From assembly GCA_040954595.2 (NCBI GenBank), contig CM082596.2, forward strand, positions 2,288,999 through 2,352,998: a stretch of 64,000 nt of DNA, in the 5' to 3' direction. Both the position numbers and the translations under genes were made by a program. Of the stretch, positions 39,237 through 49,900 are shown piece by piece; the stretch's first letter is position 1; each line of letters starts with the position of its first letter. This DNA comes from Balanoglossus misakiensis. Its lineage: Eukaryota; Animalia; Hemichordata. Under the pieces are notes generated by a model that was not told the origin of the DNA, did not search any database, and saw nothing but the letters and a program-made list of their open reading frames with translations.

Positions 39237-42200
39237 ATGAGTGGTTGTTTTCTAGCGTTGCTGGCTGTGCTGGTTGCCACGGATGCGACGGGACAAGGTA
39301 AGAGTTGGACCGACGTTTTCCCCCGCACGTATAAAGACACCCCATTGCCCAACCCAGATGTTACTAAAATGGTGACTGGGTTACCAAGCTCAACACAACG
39401 AGAGATGGGAATAACGGCATTTTTGGATTTTCTTCCCGTAAAACCCCAATGCAATACAATGAATTCAAGTTTCTCGAAAGGGAATCGTTTGTATTGCAAG
39501 TTCAGCAGTCTTTTTTGTTTTTGACGACACAAAATATAAGTTCAAGTGCATTTGTGGTCACATGATTGAATATATATTATCATCAGCGGATCACATAGTA
39601 ATAAAAATGGGTAACACTTCAACTTTACGTGAATTATTTATTAAACGATGCCGTGGTCGGCTGCTCAAACAATGATAGGGAGTTGCTAACAATTCTGAGG
39701 AGGACAATCTTTTCTTCCTGGCCTAACATACCGTACGTTTACATTTTTTAGGCGTGAGGTTGAATGACGAATTGTCACCTTACGAAGGGATTGTGGAGGT
39801 GTACGTTCACAATGTCAGCGCTTGGGTCAGGATATGCGATGAAATTCGCTTTTGGTCGATGACAGAAGCAGATATCGCGTGCCGCCAACTGGGTAAGTCA
39901 AGTGGAAACGTGCCTTCTCAAAGCCATCAGAGAGGAGACAACATTATGTGGTTCCTTGACTCTTACATGAAGTTACCTGAGCCATTTTGGATTCTTATAT
40001 TTAATACTCTTTGGGTGACGTGTTATCACGTACAGTATATTTGACCAGTATATCAAGTAGCCAGTTTCTGTCAACACTTTAAAAGGGACTGTCACATTAG
40101 CTAGGCGTGATTACTTTGGGGAGTTTGTTTTGTGCAAACTACGTTAAACAGTTTTTCAGCCTTATAGTTTGACAGCAGTTTGACTTTGTGTGCGTGTGGG
40201 GTGGGTCTATGTGGGTGATTTTACTATTTCCTTTTCCGCTACAGGTCACAATGAAGGAGCCATGTGGGACTCATCACTTACAAATGAAACCGAGTGGTCC
40301 GGAAAATGGATGTCTCAAATAATTTGCAAAGGTGACGAGGTCACCCTCCTTGGCTGTTCTTATGAAATAAGTGATGCATGTTTGGTTCAAAACAGTGCCG
40401 CGGGAGTCTCTTGCAATTGTAAGTGTTTTTCTCTTATTTCTTGCTGCTCCTATCATATTTTAATCGCATCAATCATATTAACATGATCGCCCAACTTTCC
40501 ACTATAAATTTAATGTGACTGTATGTATGTGTGTGTCTGTAACAGTTGCAGGATACCGTGGTTGCTATGTCGACAATATCAAAGACCGGGCTCTGTCAGG
40601 GAAAGCCTTCAAAAGCGTCAGCAACATGACCATCGAGAAATGTTTGAAGTTATGCCGGGATGAAAGTTTCGCTTTCGCCGGAGTAGAAAGTGGCGACGAC
40701 TGTTACTGTGACAACGAAGATTCCAATTTCTGGAGACATGGCAGAGCTGATAATGAAAAGTGTGACACGGAATGCCAAGGAGACGAAAATCAGTCATGTG
40801 GCAGTCTCTTGATACCAGCACCTCCCCACGTAGGTGTATACGAAGGTGAGGAGGAGCACCTAAGGGGTATATTATCAGAAAAATAATAGTCCTCCAAACT
40901 CTTCCATTTTTATATACTAAGAGCGTGATGACTCTTTTTGAAAATGGACAAAAATGCTTTTATCAAAATCACCACTTTCATTTTTCTCCATAGAGTTGGT
41001 GGCCATTTTGAATTCCAAATCTGAGACAATTTTCTTCTCCCATTTTTCTCTTCTACGCAGCAAACATGGGCGCCTGCGGAGGTCTGATCAACGATGACGT
41101 TGGAACAGTTTACTCTCAGAATTTCCCCGGGGTCTATCCGACATCTGCGGACTGCGACTGGCTAATCAGCGGCCCCGATAACAGTTCCATCTCCAGCCAA
41201 ATCTCAATGTTCGAACTCAGAAACGAAAACGACTACATCGAGTTCAGGGACGGAGAAACCAGTGCCTCGCCTCTGCTGGGAAGGTACACCAAGTTGGACG
41301 GGGTCAAAGAAATTCCTGATACGTCATCAAATAAATTGTTGATCATATTTGTTGCGTATGACGGCGGGGATGAAACACGTGGATTCTTCTCAGTAGATTT
41401 CAAAAGTAAGAATAGCCTATTTTTACAAGGTAGATTTTCAGTAGGATCCTGTTGCCAATACATTGTATACGTATCTACATCAATGGGTATGACTTGGATA
41501 CAAGAGGACTCGATAAGAATTTACCTGGACTAAAATTTGACAGAAAACATTTGATATGTCAATGATTGTGCCAAGTGTTGCACGTCAATATCGACTGTCC
41601 ACAATAACCCTTCAGAAACATGACAACCTATACGCTTCATTCAAGACTAATCTTGTTAAACATTGCTATCTTTCCAGCCTTATCGTGGTGTTTCTATAAC
41701 AACAGTGGCATGGATGAACCCGCAAATCAGACCATGGTCAAACCTGGCATGGTATTGATGGTGAAGTGCATCGATGGATACGACATCACAACAAACTACA
41801 CAAACGTGACGTGTCTAGGCGATGGTTTGTGGGACAATGAAGTACCGCAATGCAGAAGTAAGTAAAACGGCTTGAGACTGGTCACCGTCTTTATGATTGG
41901 TCCACCAGTCCTGGCCAATGGTGTTGGCCTTCAGTGGATATCACATATAGACAATGCCCCTTAATGTAACGCCTGGAAAATGTCAACACACGGCTAAAAT
42001 GAGACCCAATTTGACAAATAGTCTGAGACATTGATATGTGAATCTTACCAGCAAGCATTACTGACAGTAAATTTTATCTTTTCATACTTTGCAGAAGATG
42101 ACGATCATCATGAAAACCCTCACAGTAAGTATCAATCAAACATTTAATTTTTAACGTGGGTTTGATCCAGGTACACGTTTAGAGTGGTGAACAACTTTGC

Positions 42201-43318
42201 CACTGGATTGGCCATTACCAAAGTCCATGCAAAGTTTGTGGGAATCAAAATGCGCCATTTCCATAGTGATTGATCGGGAAGTCTTTTTTATTACAGAATT
42301 TGGTGCCAGAGTTTTGATAGTGGTGGTCCTACTTGCCATATTGGCACTCATTATTCTAATCTTATATCAAAGGTAAGTTTGGTGTCAGGAGATTCTCTTG
42401 AAGCCAACTGAAACTGCCAGGAAACGTTAACTATATCGGGCATATTCCTTGTATGAAATCTGCATAAATTTGTCATTTTTACATGATGTAAAATTAGAAT
42501 ATCACAACTTGTAAGCGCTAAGCCTAAGTGTTTCTTGTGATGATTAGGCTATTCTCCTTTATACACTGTCTTTCAGGTTGAGTAAAAAGAAACATCGCGA
42601 AGATCGCAATCTGTATATTGACGACACTCAACGGCAGCAGCAACAGGGCGATTTGTGTCTTGGACACGGCCCGGAGTCGAACAAATACCGCTCGGTGGGC
42701 GATGGTGGCATCCAAGATGATGCTGAGCTGTTCTGGGATGACTACGCCAGCGTCGACCAGAGTAAGAGTATCAACGCTGTCGCTGCCAACAAAGGCGACC
42801 ATTACACCCCGATGCACTCCGCGGGACAGGGCGACCTAGCCCCAGTAAACAAGGTCAACCTCCACGTCGGGGCGAACACGTTTAAAGATGAAGACGAGTG
42901 GTTTGAGGAGAACCCGCTTCGGGGCCCAGATCCGCAGAGGCCCAAGAAATCTACCGTTACCTCAGACGACTCCCGGTACGCCACAGTAGGCGCCCCGGGA
43001 ACGGAGTTCTCCGACAACGTGTTCTACGACAAGGGAGGGGACGAGGCCAGCGGGAACATGCCAAGCGAGAAGCAGAAGCTGTACGAAAACGACGACGTCA
43101 CCAATCCCGCCCCATCCATCTGGAAACACACCACCGATGTTGGGTACGAACCCATGAATACAAGACCTGGGAGTGATGTCACAGCACACTTGTACGACAG
43201 TGCTGATCCCGACAGTCCACATTACAAGCCGCTGACAGAACGAGAGAAGAGCTCCTTTTATTCACTCACTGGAGTCGAAGACAAGCAATCCGATGGCGAA
43301 CACGACCCAATTTATTAG
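39237..43318 (+). CDS. Type I membrane receptor: signal peptide - SRCR - WSC - CUB - CCP/sushi - TM - Tyr-rich cytoplasmic tail (Kremen-like core)
   Basis: Signal exon 39237-39297. SRCR (VRL..YEGIVEV..ICD..W..ADIACRQLG / IICKGDE.TLLGC..AAGVSC) at 39752-39892 and 40245-40418. WSC (YRGCYVD..DRAL..MTIEKCL..C..FAGVE..CYC) at ~40546-40845. CUB (CGG..G.VYSQNFPG.YP..DCDWLI..DYIEFRDG) at 41061-41404. Sushi (C.DGY...VTC.GDG.WD..VPQC) at 41679-41857. Short exon at ~42094-42124. TM exon ~42298-42372 (VLIVVVLLAILALIILILY). Tail exon 42577-43318. Confidence 0.9.
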
Positions 43319-43725
43319 AACATATACGTCAAATAGGCATCACATACAAAGACAGCAATGACTTACAATTTATATCATAATCTTTCCAACTTTCACTGTC
43401 TTGAAACAAGGGGGGAGCTATTATGTTAGTTTCACCAACTTCGCAGAAGTAAAAGAACTATCTTTTTTAAGGAAGCGAGATATTCCAATAGTTTCTGTTG
43501 ACTTTTGGTGTTTTACCAAACAATATTACTACTTTTATGACCGATTTTCTTCATTAGCACAGTTGTAGCTATACTGATATTAGCAAAGGGAATGTGTTCT
43601 CATTTTATCGTGAAGATGACTCCAACTGTGTGATTAGTTTTAGGTTAGCTACTAGTATTTGCAGAGAGGGTTATATTTGCGAAGTGGTGCTATTTGTGGG
43701 TGTAACAATTGAAATATTTAGCATG

Positions 43726-43853
43726 TGTACACATAGACCCTCTCACAGCCCACGGTTCGCTACAAGGCTCTTCACTAAACACGCCCTCAACTGTTTAGCA
43801 CAGGAGAACCTGCATGGATGGCGAGAGGGGCTGTGAGAGAGTCTATGTGTACA
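43726..43853. repeat. Short foldback element / MITE downstream of the receptor stop
   Basis: TGTACACATAGACCCTCTCACAGCCC (43726-43751) and GGGCTGTGAGAGAGTCTATGTGTACA (43828-43853) form a 26-bp inverted repeat with 1 mismatch. Confidence 0.8.
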
Positions 43854-44559
43854 TGCTATTCTAAGTTTCTTTCCACTGACCTGTATCCAAATTGCCTTTG
43901 TACTTCCAATTCAATGGGCATTAGTTGCAAAGCTTAGCATCTGTGCAGATTTCCAGATAGTGCCTTCTTGCAGGAAAGTGTTCGCCCGATTTCTGGTGAA
44001 AAAATAAAAGTTCACTTAGTCATGCTGGTTATAAATGCATACATACACACAAGTTATAAAATGAAATCCATTTCTTCGTCTTCTATATCTATGCATGCGT
44101 ACTTAGGGGCTTGTCAGTTTCTTCAGCCTTCAGCATGGGGGGGGGGGTGGATTGTATTTTGTTGATGTCAAAAAGTGGGTAACCCCCCCCCCCCCCCCAT
44201 ATGCCAACTTTCAAAACCTTAGCAAATGAATACCAGTGACAATTTGCATATAAGAATACATTTAAATAATTGAAATATGACATGAATTCCAATGAACTAA
44301 AGTCACTAAGATAGTTGAAGGGGTGGGTGTAGGTGGGGCTTTTCCCCTCCCACGTGTAATATAAAGAGCTCGAAAGTGCATTTTGTGGACTCAAAAGCGA
44401 TTTTTAGTCCCTCAATCAACATTTCCAAAACAAGGTGATCCCCCATCACCCAATTCCAAAATGGCGTCTTTCCATTATGTATGAACAAGTGCACCGACAC
44501 AAGGTATTCCACAGTTTGTACATGATTTGCAAGTTAATAAATTGCTTATATATACTTAC

Positions 44560-44651
44560 GTTTTCAACGCAATACGTCAAAAACTTCTGTGGGGCATCCA
44601 AGGCAACTTTGGTGGGCATTTCAGTCCTAAAATTACCCAATATACCAAGAC
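44560..44651 (-). pseudogene. Orphan diverged copy of PGRP exon 3
   Basis: It encodes GLGILGNFRTEMPTKVALDAPQKFLTYCVEN versus [31 protein letters not shown] in the gene. The donor GTAAGT is retained but shifted by one base, and the acceptor position reads TG instead of AG. Confidence 0.8.
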
Positions 44652-44972
44652 CATGCAACATACACGCGTACCCAGAGTCCTCTGCTTGAAGCAGAGGGCT
44701 CTGGGTAATCGAGGATATACGCACCGGTGAGGGCGTGCGCTGGCTATTGTTTACGCTTACGTCAGTTTTGATGACTAACAAACAACGAAGATTCAGTTCA
44801 GTTTCAGTTGAAAGTATTTTTATTCTTCGCCATACGAAATAACATGGAGAATAAAATAAATGAAAGAACAAAACTCAATACACAGCATGATCAGATATCT
44901 TGGTGAACTATGACAGTATAAAGTTTCGGAGAGGCATGCGATTGTTTGAAGCTTGGAATAACACCCTTTTCT

Positions 44973-46191
44973 TCATTTACTTGGAGGAAAATGATCTCCA
45001 GGTTTCTGTAAAAGATAAAAAAAGTCTTAATTAAAGGCAAATCACGTATGTGCATGTGTATATACAGAAATGATTATGATTACAAGATGTCTTTTCTGTA
45101 AATTGTGTTTTGAGTACAGGAAGTTTCGTGTTGCAACTTCGCCCCCCCCCCCCCCCCCTTCGATTCTTAAAACTCTCTTACCCAGTGCGGCCAAGTCTGG
45201 ATATGCTTATACAAAGCTTCTCCGGGACAAACCGTGCCATTTTTAGTTTGACGGTGACCATACAGGGTGTAGTCTGGTGCTAGTCTGTTGCTGCCGAAAG
45301 TGAAAGTTAGAAAGGGGATTACTTCAGGGGAAAGGGGTTTTGTTTAGAAAACAACTCTCATACCTTTTCAAGTAACAGGTATGCTATTTATTCATAAACG
45401 AAAATGAAAGTGAAACCATCCCAGTTTGGAAACTATAATTTTGACAAAGAAATATATATGTCTTTTTAAATGCTTACTTTTCAACGCAGTATTCCAAAAA
45501 CTTCTGGGCAGCTTCTAAGGCAGCCTTATTTGGCAAATCATTCACAAAGTTGCCAAGTATACATAGACCTAAAAACAAAGACAAATGATGAAACTTTAAT
45601 ACATACATAAATTGATCAAACTCCACGTGTTTAAATGATTTCAGGTAATTTTCATGCAGGCCTAGATCTTACTCTACCTATGGACTTGGCGTTGTATCCA
45701 ATTGAATGTGCACCCTGGGTATCCCAGCCACGCCCTTCATAGATAAGACCATCTTCACCAACACAAAATGTGTAACCAATATCCCACCACTTCCGACCGT
45801 CCATGTGGAAATTCTGCAAGATTACAGCAAGATCTCTCTCAGCACTAATCGCCATGACAACCTTGAAATGAACGCATAATGTGTGTAATAATTTCCAAAC
45901 TGCATTTTGTGTCTATTTCAAGGTTGTCATGGAGATTAGTGCTGGGGACGCCAATGGTCACTGCTCAAAAGATAATTTCAAGTTGAAGAGGGGTAATTGA
46001 GCATGCACTGGGATAGTTGTAAACCTACATACCTGTATACTTTTCATTTCTGCACAGCTACTTTCAGAGGTGAAGCATCGACTTCCAGCCGTGTGGTGAA
46101 GGACCACATAGGGCACGGGCATTGCCATGTCGTCCCTCTCGGCAACGGCTCGTGCTCCCCACCGTGCTCGACTGACGATCTCGACGGACAT
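44973..46191 (-). CDS. Short peptidoglycan recognition protein, N-acetylmuramoyl-L-alanine amidase type
   Basis: Exons 46191-46033, 45813-45678, 45568-45478, ~45290-45182 and ~45005-44973. Motifs [40 protein letters not shown]...[30 protein letters not shown]. The Zn/catalytic H, Y, H and C residues are all present. Confidence 0.95.
45840..45944. repeat. Foldback element in PGRP intron 1
   Basis: CAGCACTAATCGCCATGACAACCTTGAAAT (45840-45869) and ATTTCAAGGTTGTCATGGAGATTAGTGCTG (45915-45944) form a 30-bp inverted repeat with 1 mismatch. Confidence 0.85.
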
Positions 46192-46320
46192 ATCGACAGG
46201 TCTTCTCCACAGCCAGGCAATCAGAAGTGGTACAACTACAAGCAGGAAGGTGGTACAGAAATAAATGAATCGACCCAGTGTGGTGACCGTGTGTAGGCAC
46301 TGAATAATGGCAAAGTTCAC

Positions 46321-46538
46321 ATTTGCATGTATAAGAGGATTGATTGGTCCATTGTAAGCGTGTTGTGGAGAATTCCCGGTTTTTGGTTTCACTATGACGC
46401 CAAAACAGTATAGAATACGAGCTCATTCAAATTATTCAGTGCTTTTTAGCTTCGGGGGTTTCCCCTTGTACATGTAATCCGGGGTTTTCCCATGAATAGT
46501 ATCTCTATAGAGGGTCAGTGTCCAAGGCAAATTCCCCC
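46321..46538 (-). promoter_or_regulatory. PGRP promoter with clustered NF-kB-like sites
   Basis: GGAGAATTCCC 46367-46377, GGGGTTTCCC 46455-46464, GGGGTTTTCC 46481-46490, GGCAAATTCCCCC 46526-46538. Also octamer ATTTGCAT 46321-46328 and CCAAT 46343-46347. Confidence 0.65.
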
Positions 46539-46956
46539 GAACTGCAGCATGAGATTCGCAGAATTGTTCAGGGTCAGTGATCCTACCTGTGGTCGTTAAT
46601 AGTTTGAAATACCTATGTGTAGGGTCCTGGAACAGTACAGATGTGCAGTCTTGTCCCACATGATTAGGTTTTATGAGAGCTGTGTTAGTAAGGTGACCTA
46701 TTTAAACTACGGACACAAAGAGGGCACACACAAACTGATGATACAAACGAAGACAGTAGTGGAACGAACTATCATATTATTTATTCATATATCAAAAATA
46801 AGTACATCTACCATAAACAGTAGAAGTTAATTATTTGATTACATTTTGTTGCATAATTATATAAAGTAAATGTTGCTAGATTTTGATTTCCTGATGGAAA
46901 ATGACAAAAAAGTCATCACTCATTCTATAAACAGGCCAGCTGGCGTAGCGTACACA

Positions 46957-49900
46957 TCATCGTGATGTATGGCTGCCTTCAGGTAAATCTGAAACGTAGT
47001 TTGCATTAAGGAAAAATAATCATTGCATCTGAACTTCATTGGAAATTCAATGGACATCTGTCCTTCAAAGTATCAATTGAGCACTGCATCAAAGGATATG
47101 AGTCCACTGTCTTGCAAATAGGTGAGTAATTTCTTCAATGGAGTGTACTGAGATAGTGTAGTGACACTTCCTATCATGATCAGTTTGTGTTTGGCTCGGG
47201 TTACAGCCACGTTCAGCCGTCTCACATCTTGAAGGATTCCAAAACCCTGGATAAGACAAAATGTGAATGACAGAAAACAACAAAAAGCATGTTCGGCTCG
47301 ATGTTGTGATAGAAGTATGCACATGTTATGCTCATCTATAGGCCGTGAGTTGGTCTAACAACCAGTGATTACATATTCCAGCGAAAAGTATCAAGAGAAA
47401 CCAAAATTATGTGAACCAGTTTCACCTTTGACACATGACCTCCTGACCTCTCACCTTTGAGACATTTTCCTCTTCTTCCGAACTCCTTACAAACGACACA
47501 ATAATGACATCTTTGTCTCTTCCTTGGTATTTGTCCACCGTATTCACTTCCAGCTGATCTTGATGTCTGAGACTTGACACCTGACTCGCTATCAACCGAC
47601 ACTGTTGTCTGTACGGCGCTATCACACCAATATGACTGAAATCACAGCCACTCTACAAAAGAAGACACACGAGGTGAATCTTGTCAGTAAATCCTGGGGC
47701 ACAGCTAGCCCTCAACAATTAATAACACTGTATACTTACTTTGTGCAGAGCCTCTGCCAACATACAGACAAGGTTACTTTCAGTTTCATTCACAAGACTG
47801 TGGTACACTTCTTGATGTCTTGCTGGTAACTAAAGTGAACACAAAAAATGTACTCATGATTAAAATTCATTCTCAGTGGCAAAAGAATACACCGTCTTTA
47901 ACTCACAATACTATGCTTTAAGGAATATCTTCATACTGTGAATTACCTACCTTGTCTGTGTTCAGGAAACAAACTGGCAACTCTGGATTTATTGCTGTTA
48001 CTAACCATGACTGAGATAGCATTACGGCACCGAGTGACTTAAATAAAAAAGACAGATCATTATTACTCCTAACACAACTTGTCTGTTTTCTGCACCATGA
48101 TTGGTTGAAGCGTAGTCATGTGGGCAAGCGTGTCACATTTGCACTGAGTGCTTGATTGGACAAACAAATTTGTTTAACTGTTGCCCAGCTGGGCAACAGT
48201 TCTGACAACTGATACAAGGCACACACATGTGCACATTCACTCACCAGCTTGTAGGCACCATAATCTGGCAGCACCAACAAACCATTAGCAATCTGATCAT
48301 TGCCACATTTCAGTTTACCATCATATATCAAGGTGTTACTGATCTCCATAATGCTTGCGTTCATTCTGTACTGCATACACAGATCAGTTGTGGCACTTTC
48401 ATGACATGTCAGTCTCTGAAATAAACTCTCATCCATCCCCATTTCCCTAAAAACAAACAGAAATGACATAATATTTATAGATGTTGCCAAAAGAAACAAT
48501 ATTTATTGCAGACCAACTGCCATAATCTATGAAGTTCAATCGTTCAGTACAATACAATACAATACAATACAATACAATACAACAAAATACAGTACAGTAC
48601 AACACAGTCTGTATTTGTAAAGTATATGCATTGTCACAATACCCTTGGAATTCCAAGCCATCCATAATCTTACCTGGCTTTGTGGCTCTGCACCAATGGA
48701 GGCAGCTGTCTGTGATCTCCCACCAACACGAAGCGATCAGCACACAAGAGTGGGCCGACACAAACCATCTGTCCAATCTGAGACGCCTCGTCCACAATAC
48801 AGATATCAAACCGCCGTCTTGAAAATAGAACGTGCTTGATTCCCAGACAGGTAGATGCTACAATGGGCTGAAATTGAATTTGCAATGTTAGATGTTGGTT
48901 TGTGTATATTGTCATGTTTCCCTGAGTACAAGCAAACAAACTGTCATGTGATGTATAGAACACCATACCTTCGATTTGTAGAGATTTTCCAATTCTTCAA
49001 CACTTTCACATTCTTTGCTCAGACTGTAATCACTGTAGTCTGCCAGTTCTGGGTGAATTTTATTGATGGCACCCACTCGCAGGAAATCTATGCCATACTG
49101 ACAAAGAAAACATACATGTATGTTATGATTTTGGTTCCAGAAGCCAGAAGTTTGTGTCAATAAAGAATTGACCCTCAAACAACCACACTTTGGTTCTGCC
49201 CTATTGTGACATGGACCAGTGCATTTGGAAACAGGGGTGAAAGGGTTATTTCAATACTTACATTCTTCAGTTTGAGCAGGATGTTGTCCACTGCTGAGTG
49301 AGTGTAACTTGTCAACAATATCGACATCTTACAGGCAATCAGAACTCGGACTAAATTAACAATTGTGGTGGTTTTACCTGTAAAAGAAGACAGTTTACCA
49401 TCACACAATTTAAAATTCATTTTGTCTGGTTTCACTAACAATATGGTCCAACGACATTGTATACCAATACGATAGCATTCAAATAAAACCTAATGCATAC
49501 AAAATACACCATACTTACCAGTTCCTGGCATTCCTACAATCAAACTGTGAGTTTTACACTTCAAGACATTAGTTATAGCTCTCTTCTGGTCACTGTTGGA
49601 AGTCTTTAAGATATCTTGTACTGAAATTATAAAGTATATATTAATATCAGTCCATCCAAGATCATACCAGTATTACACATTTCTGAGATAACAATATGAA
49701 GTCACCTTGAGATCAATAGACAATATTTGATCACACCTACCTGACTTCAATTGTTGACTTGGTACAATGGATGATATTTCCCCGTCAGAAAAATCTGGTC
49801 TCTTGAGTTTGATGATCAAGTCGCTCAGATTAACACTGTCAAAAGTACAGAGAGGAAAGATGAAGTGTTCTTTCCCAATTAGATACCACTTAAACTAACA

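Noticed and set aside
42150-42225. A-box/B-box-like sequence on the minus strand in a receptor intron
   Set aside because: Degenerate, no tRNA fold; likely a SINE remnant.
47421-47465. Duplicated TCAAAGGTGA donor-like sequence in a DNA2 intron
   Set aside because: Use of the second donor would shift the frame; probably a chance or tiny local duplication.
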